Shown here in pieces: positions 8,877 to 27,900 of a stretch of DNA of 64,000 nucleotides; the first letter of the stretch is position 1; every line of letters starts with the position of its first letter. The notes beneath the pieces were generated by a model, which did no database searches, was not told the origin of the DNA, and saw only the letters and a program-made list of their open reading frames with translations. Origin of the DNA: Macrostomum lignano (lineage: Eukaryota); NCBI GenBank assembly GCA_002269645.1, contig NIVC01002302.1:1-64000 (forward strand). The letters are read 5' to 3'. The position numbers and the translations under genes are program-made.

Positions 8877-10179
8877 CTGAGCCCGGCGGCCAGCTCTGTG
8901 AGTAGCGGGGATCCGTGGGCTGACGAAAGAATCGAGGAGGGAAGCTGATTGAGGGGGCAAGAGAAGATGTGGAAAACTTGTGTGCTGGGAGCTTTATTCC
9001 CTATTATATATTTCAGGGGCCTCTTCAATCTTGAATTGGAGGGTTGGGGGGCTTTTTTCAAAGGGGGGTTGGCGGAGCACAAAGAGCGACCTTCCGCTCG
9101 GGTTGGTCGGCGGGCCCCATCAGGCGCGCCCCTATAGCTTTTAGCTAAGGCCCTATATCGCTTATGAGTGGTTTAGACTGGGGGAGGGGGTGCCCCAGGA
9201 CTCCTCTCTGCTGAATCACTCCTCCTGTTGTTTAGTTTCAACTTGGGGGGAGAGGGGCCACGTGGAGGCAGAGGGGGGAGCAGAAGCACACAAAGACAGG
9301 AGGCGGCCCCCTGGGGGGCTTAACGAAGCAAACGCGTGGCTTGGGGAAAATGGGACTGATGGGACTGGGGGCAGCGCGGGAGAAGAGGGAGCGGAGCAGT
9401 GGAGTGATAGCGGATTTGCCCTGCAGCCTATTTTAGCCTCGATCTGAAGCGAAGGAGGAGAGGCTGGGCTGGATGCGGGCAGCCCGCCGCCTTCCCTCCT
9501 TCTCCCCTTTATCGGGATTTCTTCCCCACCCAACTTACTGCGGGGGGAGGCGCTGCCGCAGCTTCGGTGAACGATGAAGAGAGACAGGAAGAGCCAGAGA
9601 GCTGTGGGGCCGCACACTGGGCTGAGGGGCTGAAATAGCCTTCCTTCGGGTATAGCCATGCGGCCCATGCCCAGCGTTAGCATTGGGGAAACGGATCGAT
9701 ATTTCCCACACTGGGGACTGCAGCTTAAGCAATTGGGAAGAGAAAGCCCAGAGCCTGCCGCCCTCCTCCTCCTCCTCCTCCTCCCTGATCCTCTCTGCCC
9801 GCATGCATTTGCTTGATCCCCCAGATAATCTCCCTCCTACCCCTGTCCGCTGCCTGCAAGTGCTCAGTGTACAGTGAATATGAGCGTACAGTGCAGTCAC
9901 GGCAGTTGCGTACACTGGAGGCAATTGCTGAGTTTAATCGAAGGCAACGACTCAAGGAAAATAGTGAGTGCAAGTCTTCAAAAAAAAATAAATAAAATTG
10001 CGCGTGAATAATTTCAGGCACCAATTTCAGTTTTCTTTAGGAAAATTTGTAGCTAAGGTTTAATGTGAATTAAACATGAATAAGTTCTCCGTAATTCGTA
10101 GCCTTCAAAGCGGCAGTTTCTTGTATTAGTACTCAGTGAACTTTGGAAACGACTTTTTTTTCAGTTTTGATGCTTGACT

Positions 10180-10742
10180 TCTAACGGGTAATCCTGCCTG
10201 TCTAACGGGTAACCCTGCCTGTCTAACAGGTAAACCTGTCTTGTCTAACGGGTAATCCTGCCTGTCTAACGGGTAATCCTGCCTGTCTAACGGGTAACCC
10301 TGCCTTGTCTAACGGGTAACCCTGCCTGTCTAACGGGTAATCCTGCCTGTCTAACGGGTAAACCTGCCTGTCTAACGGGTAATCCTGCCTGTCTAACGGG
10401 TAATCCTGCCTGTCCAACGGGTAAACCTGCCTGTCTAACGGGTAAACCTGCCTGTCTAACGGGTAAACCTGCCTGTCTAACGGGTAATCCTGCCTGTCCA
10501 ACGGGTAAACCTGCCTGTCTAACGGGTAATCCTGCCTGTCTAACGGGTAATCCTGCCTGTCTAACGGGTAATCCTGCCTGTCCAACGGGTAAACCTGCCT
10601 GTCTAACGGGTAATCCTGCCTGTCCAACGGGTAAACCTGCCTGTCTAACGGGTAATCCTGCCTGTCCAACGGGTAAACATGCCTGTCTAACGGGTAAACC
10701 TGCCTGTCTAACGGGTAAACCTGCCTGTCTAACAGGTAAACC
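10180..10742. repeat. 21-bp minisatellite
   Basis: Unit CTAACGGGTAATCCTGCCTGT. Confidence 0.95.
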
Positions 10743-11371
10743 TACCTATAACCATAAGTTTAACATGTAATAGTTAGTATATAGATGCAGCGCAGGTCCC
10801 CCTATAGGGACATAATTGCCAGTTTAACTATAAAACTCCCCATGCCTGAGACGCAGTGCAACAGCTTGCTGACTGGAGTCTTATGCACACAAATTTATTA
10901 TAAGGCTTGCAAATTGGCTTACTGGTTACAGTTGGTTGGTGAAGTAACCTGCAGATATGCTCATTACTCATTTTATCAGGGAGCGCTGTGTATAGGCTCC
11001 GGCTTATGGCAAAATCCAACAGCTGCATTCTTTCCCATGGGTAGTGGTGTTGAGCAGCTGATTTTTATTAATATTATTATATTACTCGAAATAAAACTAT
11101 AGTAAGTTTTAAAGCCTGCTCCGCTCACGGCTCTGTGTCCGTGGCCTGTGAGTGAGTAAGCTCGTATCTAACTATATCGATTTACGGGCTATAACTGTCA
11201 GCTCACAAATTCAAAAGCGTACGAGTATAGCAGGTGCAGAAATTGAAACTCGAGTGCTGTGACGACAACTGATAGCATAAATATAAAATTAATTAGATTC
11301 TTATATGTACCCATGGCTGGGATCTTTATAACTGGCACAATGATACTTCTCCGGCATACTGCATGTACTAT

Positions 11372-11915
11372 CAAATCTCATGGGTACTGAGATCCAATCT
11401 CATGGGTACTGAGATCCAATCTCATGGGTACTGAGATCCAATCTCATGGGTACTGAGATTCAATCTCATGGGAACTGAGATCCAATCTGATGGGTAGTGA
11501 GATCCAATCTCATGGGTACTGAGATCCAATCTTATGGGTACTGAGATCCAATCTCATGGGTACTGAGATTCAATCTCATGGGTACTGAGATCTAATCTCA
11601 TGGGTACTGAAATCCAATCTCATGGGTACTGAGATCCAATCTCATGGGTACTGAGATCCAATCTCATGGGTACTGAGATCCAATCTGATGGGTACTGAGA
11701 TCCAATCTGATGGGTAGTGAGATCCAATCTGATGGGTAGTGAGATCCAATCTCATGGGTACTGAGATCCAATCTTATGGGTACTGAGATCCAATCTCATG
11801 TGTACTGAGATCCAATCTCATGGGAACTGAGATTTAATCTCATGGGTACTGAGATCCAATCTCATGGGTAGTGAGATCCAATCTCATGTGTACTGAGATC
11901 CAATCTCATGGGTAC
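11372..11915. repeat. 22-bp palindromic minisatellite
   Basis: Unit ATCTCATGGGTACTGAGATCCA, with an ATCTCA/TGAGAT stem. Confidence 0.95.
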
Positions 11916-11995
11916 AGAGGTCCTGTTGCTAGTTTGCAGTACCTACATGGTCTGTAAGGTTAGTACGTAACAGGCGAGACCCACTTGTATTTTGA

Positions 11996-12256
11996 CCAGA
12001 GGGTTGGTAAGCTTTTTTTCCTCAAGGACCAGATAAAGAATCCAGCTCATGGCTGCGGGCCATGCTGATGAGAGAGGAAATGAGAGGGAATATAGGAAAG
12101 AGAATAGGAAAAAGGAGATGAGAGATGAGAGGGGAGAGGAGGGATGAGAATGGAGAAGAGAGATGAGGAGAAAGAAGAGACATAAACCTTGAGCTGGCTC
12201 GAGGGCCTGATAGAGAGGCTTCGCGGACTCAGGCAGGCCACAGGTTGCAACCCCTG
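11996..12256. mobile_element. hAT-type MITE with GA-rich interior, same family as 55346-56181
   Basis: Ends CAGAGGGTTGG..CAACCCCTG. Interior CCTCAAGGACCAGATAAAGAATCCAG..CTGCGGGC matches the copy at 55847. Confidence 0.5.
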
Positions 12257-13259
12257 GTTAAGACAGATGCGCGTTATTTTGGTCATACAGTCTGCCGCTT
12301 AGAGCCGTCAGACATGGTGGGCCTAATTTATTCCTCATTCATTTTTTTATCTCACATTCGAGTTTGTTCACTTGGACAGAGAGGGGGGGGGTGGGGCTGA
12401 GTAAATATTCGAATTCTGGTGAGGGGATGTAGGAGATGGGAGATGTGAAATGAGAAGAAGCAAAAGGAAGGAAGGCCTGGATGAACAGAAATGGGGGGGG
12501 GGTTGCCAGATGTCGTGACTATTAAGGAAAATAACTGGGGCTGGCGGGAGGTTGAGGGGAGCTGGGAAGAGGAAGACCTAAAAAACACCGTCAACCCAAC
12601 GGGCTGAGCACGTATATGAGTTGAGTTAAGGAAGAAATAATAAGGGACCTGATAAAAAAGTGAGCAAGATAACAAATCGTACCGAAACCCCCAGCCCCCC
12701 CCTGCAGGTAGATCAGTTCGATGCCTTCAGCTGCCCTTAGCATAATATAATATCGAATATATAGGCAAAGTTGGCGCTGACTCACGAACAAATCCCACCA
12801 ATTTATATTCTGAACAAAGACCTTCACCCCATCCCCGTAATAAAACTGATCTGTGTCGCGTGGCAGGGAAAGGAATGGGATTAAGCTCTTGTATTCTCTA
12901 TGCTGGGAGGGGAGGGTAAGAGGGGATTTTGCGATGACACAGCCGGCCCGACCCTAACAGCCCTTCAAGCCAGTTCCTTTCTTTCCTGGCCTGAATTCGA
13001 GAACAAAGACCTTCCGGACGGGCGCCTGCAACAGCTGCCGGAGCCGCTAGCCCAGCTGTTTGAATGGGAAACATGAAATCCCGCGAAACTCGAAGGGGAA
13101 CGCAAACCATCTGGAGAGTGGAGAGAAATTTTATAGGGGCAAATCATATATTTTCGCTGGCTAACGAGCTCAGTTATGGCGTGGATTGAACTCGAAAATT
13201 CGTTTTTTTTTGTCCAATTTTGATCGCCTAGTCTTAAGCTTACGCAAGATTACTTGGCT

Positions 13260-13474
13260 GCTCAAAATTTCATAACGTCGAAAAGCAGATTCTTTCACAA
13301 GCTTGAAATTTCACAACGCAAAAAAGCAGATTCTTTCACAAGCTCGAAATTTCACAACGCAAAAAAGCAGATTCTTTCACAAGCTCGAAATTTCACAACG
13401 CAAAAAAGCAGATTCTTTCACAAGCTTGAAATTTCACAACGCAAAAAAGCAGATTCTTTCACAAGCTCGAAATT
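13260..13474. repeat. 41-bp satellite, left part (interrupted by the LINE)
   Basis: Unit GCTCGAAATTTCACAACGCAAAAAAGCAGATTCTTTCACAA. Confidence 0.95.
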
Positions 13475-13670
13475 GTGAAACTTGTGGGGGGCAAACGGCA
13501 ACTTAAACCGAGGGACTCTGTGACATCCGCCAGCTTTTCGTTTTTCGAGGAGGCTCTTCCCCCTCCTTTTCGTTCTGGCCTGGCGTGGAAGCGGCTAGCT
13601 TCCTCGTCTTGGTCTGCTGGTGGGGGACGGATCCCCCCTGCTGCTTTTTTGCGGGGCAGGTGGCTGCTAA

Positions 13671-18775
<5,105 letters not shown>

Positions 18776-18868
18776 TCCTTGTGCTCTTTTACCTTGGGGT
18801 TGCGATAGGGGCCTCGCGGCCTATTCGCGGCGCCTGCGCCCCCCGTCAGTAGTAAGTAGTAAGTAAGT

Positions 18869-19455
18869 AAGCTCGAAATTTCACAACGCAAAAAAGCAGA
18901 TTCTTTCACAAGCTCGAAATTTCACAACGCAAAAAAGCAGATTCTTTCACAAGGTCGAAATTTCACAACGCAAAAAAGCAGATTCTTTCACAAGCTCGAA
19001 ATTTCACAACGCAAAAAAGCAGATTCTTTCACAGGCTCGAAATTTCACAACGCAAAAAAGCACATTCTTTCACAAGGTCGAAATTTCACAACGCAAAAAA
19101 GCAGATTCTTTCACAAGCTCGAAATTTCACAACGCAAAAAAGCAGATTCTTTCACAAGGTCGAAATTTCACAACGCAAAAAAGCAGATTCTTTCACAAGC
19201 TCGAAATTTCACAACGCAAAAAAAGCAGATTCTTTCACAAGGTCGAAATTTCACAACGCAAAAAAGCAGATTCTTTCACAAGCTCGAAATTTCACAACGC
19301 AAAAAAGCAGATTCTTTCACAGGCTCGAAATTTCACAACGCAAAAAGCAGATTCTGTCACAAGCTCGAAATTTCACAACGTCGAAAAGCAGATTCTTTCA
19401 CAGGCTCGAAATTTCACAACGCAAAAAGCAGATTCTTTCACAAGCTCGAAATTTC
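18869..19455. repeat. 41-bp satellite, right part, about 14 copies
   Basis: Same unit as 13260-13474, resuming in phase after the TSD. Confidence 0.95.
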
Positions 19456-20304
19456 TCACGTCGATCTTGTGAAGTTTCAACTTTACGAAGTCCCTTACTA
19501 GAGTTTTCGACGTTGTGTTGTGAAATTTCGTGTGTGTGTTAATTTAATGTTTCACAATAAAACAAAGGCAATGGCAATTCAGTTGCGACTTCTTTTCTTC
19601 GAAGTAAATAGTCGTAGTCTTTGTGTCAAATTTGATGCAATAATGACTCGAATATTCGGACTATGGTGTCTCCGGAATAATCGCAGCAGTGCGTGGAGTT
19701 GAAGAAAGAATTTTAACGTCTAAAAATGTTACTGAGATACAGTTAGTGGACAAGGCAACTGTGTTCCTACTAACAGCTGGAAGACAGACAATACAAAGAA
19801 GCAGTCTGAAGTAAAACTAAAACAGTATAGTAAACATTCTTCCCTACTGCGGACTGAAAGATTTTTTTATTTAATGCCTTCTTTATGTCCAGAAAATGTC
19901 CCATGAATGCATGCGCTTCCATTTTAGAAAGGAAATTTTCAACAAATTTGTTACACACATAATTTCGTTACAATTTATACTCTTAAACCTGGGCTTCTAA
20001 AGTTGAAAAAATGAAATAATATGCAGTGTCATTACTGCATGGATTGGCTTAGTGTGTAGTGTTAATCAACTTCCATCCATCCTTATCCGATAGGCTCTAA
20101 CTTTCCTATATTCTACAAACAGACACATACTCTATTAATTTTCTGTATTATAAACTTTAAAACAGTTAGAGACATGAAAAAATGACATTTACAGAGGCAA
20201 AATGGAGCAAGCGTATATTGTGTTTTTTTATGTTCCTTCAGATCTCAACTACTAACAGTAAAACAAATTTTCATAATCGACTGAAAACACACTCCACAGC
20301 AACT

Positions 20305-20376
20305 TCCTCGATAGTATAGTGGTCAGTATCTCCGCCTGTCACGTGGAAGGCCCGGGTTCGATTCCCGGTCGGGGAG
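20305..20376 (+). tRNA. tRNA-Asp: tRNA-Asp (GTC)
   Basis: TCCTCGATAGTATAGTGGTCAGTATC-TCCGC CTGTCAC GTGGA-AGGCCCGGGTTCGATTCCCGGTCGGGGAG; 72 nt, A and B boxes present, T7 Pol III terminator at 20380-20386. Confidence 0.95.
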
Positions 20377-20688
20377 AGGTTTTTTTATTCCTACGAGAAT
20401 GTGATTTGGTGCAATAAATTTATTATTTTATACCTCACGAAGTCTTTATTTCTTTTGTTTATCATATTTAAGTCATTTTTACGTTTTTTAAATTTGTCGA
20501 TGTGGAGATTGCTGGCAGTTTTTTTATTCTACTATTAAGTAGCACAATGAGACTATAACTGCATAGTTTGAAAAAAGTTCGGAAAAGCCCTAGATAATTG
20601 TGCATAATTAGGCTGATGCGTGGCTGATGGATGTATTTCGAAATAAAAAATAGTGATAAGGAAGAAAATTTTCTGTGGAAAAAAATTA

Positions 20689-20715
20689 CTCCCCGACCGG
20701 GAATCGAACCCGGGC
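20689..20715 (-). pseudogene. Inverted 3' fragment of tRNA-Asp (T-arm plus 3' acceptor strand)
   Basis: 27/27 reverse-complement match to 20350-20376, followed by its own T-run. Confidence 0.85.
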
Positions 20716-22323
20716 GTAAAAAGTATAAATATTTTAGTTAATTAGGCATTTAAGCAATGATAATATCAGTGAGCTCTTAGTTTCAAACTTTATCTTTGCC
20801 GAGTAGCAAATTGCCTTGATGGTTTAAATAATTTTTTTGAGTACCCTTTTTTATAAAAGTCCGTAAAAAACGAGCTGATAATAACAGCGTACATTTAAAT
20901 TGATTTTTTGAATGTGACGTGTTACCTCCGACGCTTTGCAATGTTTTAGTTGTTTTCAAAATATTTTACTGATGAATAATTTCTATTTTAGTTAGCCACG
21001 TTAGAGAATGACTGCAGCACCTCCATCGAGTCAAGGGTATGTATATATGCTTAACAAATGTATCATCATTCTTTTAATTTGGCTGATTAACTACAGAATA
21101 ACTTTTTGTCTTACTCTTAGTTTAGCCTAAAGTACTATACTCGAAACTATATTGTCAGTATAGAAGATAGGCCCTACTGGTAGCGGCCTAAAAGCTACAA
21201 ATTTGTAAGGAAGTGCTTATCCCCACGGTTCTGTGAAAAATAATTCCAATTTGTTGATAATTTCCAGCTTAGCCCCATGGTAGCTTATTGAAATAGCTGC
21301 CACAATTCTAGTCTATAGGCTATGTCAATAATTCCGATTTTATCCATCATATAGATCCATGTCAATAATTTTTAGCTTATCCCCATGGCTAAGATTGTGC
21401 AGTTGTTTGTGTTTAGTTTGTATATTGACACTAAATGTTGCTACTAGTCTTTAATTGTAATATATATGGTATAGGCCTAGCTTAAAGTAATTGTTATTAT
21501 AATGTTATATGACTTTTGTCAATTTCTATTGAATTGTCACAGTATGACAGTGTCATTTTAATATCTTGCTAACTCTATCCAAAATTGATATTATCATTAT
21601 TGTTAGTATTATTATCATTATATTATTACATTTTGAATTTTTAATTTTGCAAGTCTTGTTTGCCTTAATCTTAGGGTCATTTGGTCATATTTAAAATGAA
21701 CCCTTTAACAATAAAAAAGTTTTAACAAAGTTCATTTGTCCTAACTATGACCAATACTCACTTTTACATTCAATTTACTGCTTATGCAAAATGAAATGCA
21801 TGTATATGTAGCAGAAATTAGTATATATTTAGCGATTTTTAGACGCTTCCAAATTTTGACTTCTAATTTTATTCGGCAAGGGGCTTGAAACAATAGTTTA
21901 AACAATTTGTTTCACTTAAATATCTCTAGTAAAATGACTATGGCAAAAACTTCTACTCTGCAGAAAAAAAACAAAAATGACATTAGCCTATCCTGATTCC
22001 CAAAATAAAAGTTTTTGGGATCGGGATCGGGATCCCATCCGACCCCTACTTGATACTATTCAATATTCAATAGTTTATTTGGAAGATATAAAACTGTGAA
22101 AACAAAAAGATGGTTTTTGAAAGATCATTTTAAGGTTCTCTATTCTAATAAGCTGCCGTAGGGAGAAGCTGAAAATTATTGACATAGATCCGTATAGATA
22201 AAATTGGAATTATTGATATGGCCTATAAACTTGTAATATGCAGCGCAGTGGTGACTATGTGGAAAAGCCTCAAGACAATGTTGATGATTAACTTTTGACA
22301 GTTCCCTCAGAAAATTCGTAGTA

Positions 22324-23666
22324 CAAGGGTTGTCAGAAAAGTTCTGTGTATATTGTAATAACTTGAGAACAATAAACAGTTTAGAAACATGAAAAGTTAC
22401 AAATGTCTTCCTTAATATCTATTCACTCAAAGTATGAGCCCCCAGCTTAAATGCACTTCTCCCAATGCCACACTAGCCCGTCAATGCCTGCAGTCATGCC
22501 ATTGTTCGTCACGGCGGCAATGCCAGCCTTGTAGGCTCAATTCACGTCTTTCTCTGCGCTGAAATGCTGGCCCCGCATTGACTCCTTGATGCAAAGGAAG
22601 AGAAAAAAGTTGTATGGACTTAAGTCCAGGGAATAAGGCCGATGCAGAAGAATTTGCCATTCCCACAACTTGATCGTAGCCAGCACGCTTTGCTTTCAGT
22701 GTGGGGCTGCATTGTCGTGAAGCAGAATTGGGCCAGCCGCGTGAAGTGCAGGCCTTTTGTCCCGAATGGCACACCAAACTTTCATTAGAACCGACAAGTA
22801 GAAATCACCATTGACCATCTGCCCCACTGGCACAGGCTGATTGAACAACAGACCCTCCCAGTCAAAGAAAGTCAGGTGCATGACCTTCAATTGGCCGATG
22901 CTCCAGATGGCCTTTTGAGGTTGCAGAGAACTTGGCCTGCACCATGTGGCACTCTGCCACTTCAACTCCGCCTCTCAAGAATGTGCCCAGGTTTCGTCGC
23001 AGGCAATGATCCTTTGCAGGAACGCCATGTCCTCCTGCCAACACTGCTGCAGGTTGGATGCGCACATGGCAACCCGCCGAGCTTGCTGATTGTCAGTGAG
23101 TAGATGTGGCACCCACTTGGCACAGACCTTGCGCATCCCAAGGTCCTTGGTCAGGATCTTGTGAACTGAGTTGTAGGACACCCCTATGGAATCAGCCAGC
23201 TGCCTGGTGGTCAGTCTCTGGTCCTGCAGCACGGCTGCCTCCACCTGACTCACCAGGTTGTCAGTCTGAGCACTTGTTGGTTGTCCACTGCGTGGCTTGT
23301 TGTTGAGGTCTTCTTTGCCATTGCGAATGGCAATAGCCCAGTGGCAAATCGTCTCATAAGATAGGCAAAAGTCTCCTATGGTCTGCCGCATTTCTTCAAA
23401 AATCTTGGTTGCTGAATGCTCCTGAAGGACATGAAACTTGATGATTGCTCAATTGTCGCATTTAGAAAAACTCTCTTGCGGGATAGAATGCGCCATGGGT
23501 GTGGTTGAAAAAATACTGCTACATAGGCTAGAAATGATCTGGTGCTCTAAAACTGAAGCTAGCAACTCTTTATATATGTATATATCTATGGCTAAAACCC
23601 CAACTCCTCAGCTATTCATAGAGCTGAGCTATTCTCTAATACATAGAACTTTTCTGACAACCCTCA
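22324..23666 (-). mobile_element. Degenerate mariner (Tc1/mariner) transposon with transposase pseudogene
   Basis: TIR (C/T)(A/G)AGGGTTGTCAGAAAAGTTCT(G/A)TGTAT with TA at the left end. Fragments PRSGQP, KVCAKWVPHLLT, IIACDETW and LLHDNAAPH, with stops and frameshifts. Confidence 0.9.
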
Positions 23667-24851
23667 TTTATATGTTGCTTCTGTCAGTTTGTAATTGAGC
23701 AGTTGAAGGTTAATATGTTGATTGGAATTGATTCAAGTTAGTGCACTTAAATGCAACTGGGATACTGAGTTAATTAAATATTTGGACCCAAAATAAGTGA
23801 AAATGAGTACGCATATGTTCAAATCCATTTGACATGCAGCATTATATGGCTCGTACTTGAGGTAGTAAGGGCTACTGGCTAAGGTTAAGATGAATGCAAT
23901 ATTAGCTAGCCATTCTTCTTAATACAATAACTAATTAAGATTTTAGCGAATGAAGGTTAAACTATTGCTATCATTCTTTACTTCATCACTTTGTTATAGT
24001 AAATAATAAACTGTTGCCATTGATTTAACATCATTAAAGTTATAGTAAATTTTAGTAAATTAATTAGTTATGGATATCGTATATAGATTAACTATAGAAA
24101 GATTAGATATAGGGCATATAGCTATAGATAATAGATAAAGGAAAGGTATAGCAGAGCTCTAATAGACAAATAAGTTATTTCAAATATAATAGTCTCTGGT
24201 CTATTTAAAGCCTAAAGGTGTTAAAGCTAGTAAAATTTCCAACAAATTACTTCTTAAACTATATAAACTAAGTGTGCCAACATTCCACATTGGAAATTGT
24301 GTAGGATATAAGAAATCTCTAGTATTAATTTAAGTTGAAATATATTTAATGTGATATTTTTATTGGCATATTATATTGCCCATGATATACCTATAAGTCA
24401 TATTTCAAGAAGGGATATAGTGAATATAAGCCCATTAATTTAAAAAAGGTCAAGATTAAGAAAATGAAAAATACAATGTATTATTTATTATCAAATATGA
24501 AATTTGTAGTACAATAAGTAGTAAAAGTTTATTTACATTAGCATGTATTTTATTAGTGACAGTAACTTTCAACAAACAAAAAACAAATTCTTAACAATCC
24601 ATAAATGTATGCCAACCTATATGCTAGCAATGTTGATCAATCTTTTATATATGCCAATCTATATGCCAAAGCCACCCAAAATCTTGCAAATTTTGCATAC
24701 CAATTTCAACTGGAATCCCCCAGCTGTGGCTGAGCTGCCAGCTGCACATCTGCCCATTAGCGCTAATCAATTATTATTATTAAATACCCATGCTTGCATA
24801 AACTGATTGCTAGTCTAATAGTCAATTTGTGTATCTTGGTCTCGATCCATA

Positions 24852-24885
24852 CTTACTTACTTACTTACTACCGACGGGGGGCATG
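24852..24885 (-). mobile_element. 34-bp ultra-truncated 3' end of the LOA-like LINE family
   Basis: Reverse complement CCCCCCGTCGGTAGTAAGTAAGTAAG matches the LINE end CCCCCCGTCAGTAGTAAG. 12-bp TSD TCTCGATCCATA at 24840-24851 and 24886-24897. Confidence 0.8.
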
Positions 24886-24956
24886 TCTCGATCCATAGTC
24901 TCATATGATAATCAAATTTCGCACCTGCCCCCAGTTGGTCTCACCAGACGCCTCCT

Positions 24957-27900
24957 ATGGCTGCCACATCTGTGCAATCCAGTCAGCATGGCTGGCAGCA
25001 GCAGCCGCCGCCTCATGGCCCGCCAATGCCGCCACACTCGTCAGGCGGCCCTCCGCCGCAGCATCCGTCTATGCCGCCGATGCCGCCAAATTCGTCTATG
25101 GGAGCAGCTGCTCCATCGTCTGCGTTTGGCCCGTTAGTCTGCTGCTTTTTATTTGACTTTGCTTTTCTGCACTGGTTCTAAATTCATTTATCTCTATTCA
25201 CAATGCACATGACTCAGAAAGTTTTGTGTTCTCTATCCCAAAATCTGGAGGCCTCTCCAAAATCTAGAGGTCTCTATCCGAAATCTAGAGGTCTCTATCC
25301 GAAATCTAGAGGTCTCTATCCGAAATCTAGAGGTCTCTATCCGAAATCTAGAGGTCTCTATCCGAAATCTAGAGGTCTCTATCCGAAATCTAGAGGTCTC
25401 TATCCGAAATCTAGAGGTCTCTATCCGAAATCTAGAGGTCTCTATCCGAAATCTAGAGGTCTCTATCCGAAATCTAGAGGTCTCTATCCGAAATCTAGAG
25501 GTCTCTATCCGAAATCTAGAGGTCTCTATCCGAAATCTAGAGGTCTATACGAAATCTAGAGGTCTATACGAAATCTAGAGGTCTCTATCCGAAATCTAGA
25601 GGTCTCTATCCGAAATCTAGAGGTCTCTATCCGAAATCTAGAGGTCTCTATCCGAAATCTAGAGGTCTCTATCCGAAATCTAGAGGTCTCTATCCGAAAT
25701 CTAGAGGTCTCTATCCGAAATCTAGAGGTCTCTATCCGAAATCTAGAGGTCTCTATCCGAAATCTAGAGGTCTATACGAAATCTAGAGGTCTATACGAAA
25801 TCTAGAGGTCTCTATCCGAAATCTGGAGGTCCATATTCAAATCCCAGTGTTCTCTATTCAAAATCCCAGTGTTCTCTATTCCAAATCCCAGTGTTCTCTA
25901 TTCCAAATCTGTGTTCTCTCTTACAAACTGCAGTGTTATCTATCAAATGCCAGGGAGATTTAATTGTGAATTGAATTAATTGTGTATCCTTATTAAGTTA
26001 AAAAATTGAATGAAACGAATGCAAACAATCTTTACTAAATCAGACCGGTCGGCCACGCTAAGCCAGCTATGGGCCAGCCGCCAATGCCGCCGCAGTCGCA
26101 GCCTCAGCAACAATGGACTGGCCATCCGCCTATGTAAGCGCTCTGTGCTGTCTGTACATCTCAGCTTTGCTTTTTCAGTATTTTATGTCAAATATCAATA
26201 TTATCTTGACCAGAATCACAGGGGCCAGGGCCTTCTCACTTTCATATTTTTGTAAGTAGCCGCTAGCGGCTGCTGCCATGTTATTTTTGCTTAACTGTGT
26301 TACTGTGTAACTGATAGCGGCAGTGCAATCTCTGCATAAGCAACTCTGTGGCAATGCCACACAAACAGGTCACTCTAAATTGCAATCTTAACAATAATTG
26401 AAGCTATTTGCTAAATTTTAGAGAAGTTGGACTCAGGAGAGGGTGCGGTGCAGATAACAGGCAGCTAGTAGCCTGGCTTGGCAAGAGTGTCTTGCCCTAC
26501 ACATTGCAGTGAACTGTACTGCTATAGTCGCGCAGCACTTTATTTTTGATAGTTGATGCAATTTTAATTGTAAAATTTGTTCTTTAAAATAATTTGCTCT
26601 CAGGCCGCCCAACTCTGGCTGGCACGGCGGTATGCAGAACGGCCAGAACGGGCAGACGCCGCCTCCGCAGCCGCCAATGCCCGGACAGCAGCATCAGTCA
26701 ATGAGGCCGCCGATGCCGCCCCAGCAGATGATGCAACCTCCAATGCCGCCAACTTCAATGCCGCCGACTTCAATGCCACCGACTTCGATGCCACCGCCTC
26801 CGAATCTGCGACAGCAGCAGCAGCCGACGCCGCCGCTTCACGCACAAAATCAGCCGCCGCCAATGTACAGCGGCGGAGGCGGAGGCGGCGGCCCAGGCGG
26901 CGGAATGCCGCCGCCGCCAATGCGCGGTCCGGCGCCAGGCAACCCGCCAATGATGATGCAGCAGCAGCCAAAGCCGCAAGCGTCTGTGCCTTATCCCCCA
27001 GGACCGTATCAGCCTGGCCACGGCCAGCAGCAGCAGCCGCCGCCGCCTATGATGCCGCCCAGTTCAGTTGGTCACAGGCCGCCTGGGTATGTCAAAAAAG
27101 TGTTAATTCCCTCAAAAGTGATGACTAGAAATATAACATTATGTAAGGGGTAGAGCTGCACCAAATTTCGGTTCTCTCGACTCACCCGATTTCCACTTCG
27201 AGTGCGAAAGACTTCGCATTGAAAGAGAGAAGAAAATAAGAAAAATGCCAAACTCAACAACAGGCGAGCAACATGTCGATTTCCGCGACGTCTTTTGCTT
27301 GCGGTCTCACTGCAGTTTCTTCTGCATTCTTCTGCTACATGATCTATTCTCCTTGAGACTTGAAATGTGTCGCTAAGAAACCTTTAATTGCCTTCACTTG
27401 CTCTCAGACCGCCAATGCCGCCGCCGCCGCCCGGCAGTCAGGCCGGACCTGGCGGCTCTCAATGGGCACCGCCGGCCGGGCCAACGCAGGGTTACGGAGG
27501 CTTTCCCGGACAGCCGCAAATGCCGCAGCAGCCGGCGCCGCCCGCCGCTAAATCGTTGGATCCGGACCAAATGCCCTCGGCTGTACAGGTAAGTAGCATT
27601 GTACGAGCTATATTGTCTACTATTTTTACTAAAGCTTTGCTTTCAGCAGGAAATTTTTCTCAGAGAATAGTTGCTAATGAGTTTAGCCCCCCCCCCCCCC
27701 TTATGCTAGCTTTCCTTTTAGTAATCTTCAAGTTTGCTTTTGACTTTGTTTGTTTGGCACTTCGAAATTTTTAGCTACTTATACAAAAACGTCAAGGTTT
27801 ACCTCAGTCCAAGTGCCGAATAAACAAAAATTTGGCACCCCTTGGGGGGGTTGGCCGTCATGGGCCCAGCCTGTAATGCATTTAAACTCCTCCATTATTA

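Noticed and set aside
12590-12900. Possible Penelope-like RT fragment (IGGICS..SANF)
   Set aside because: The match is short, broken by stops, and no YxDD motif is found nearby.
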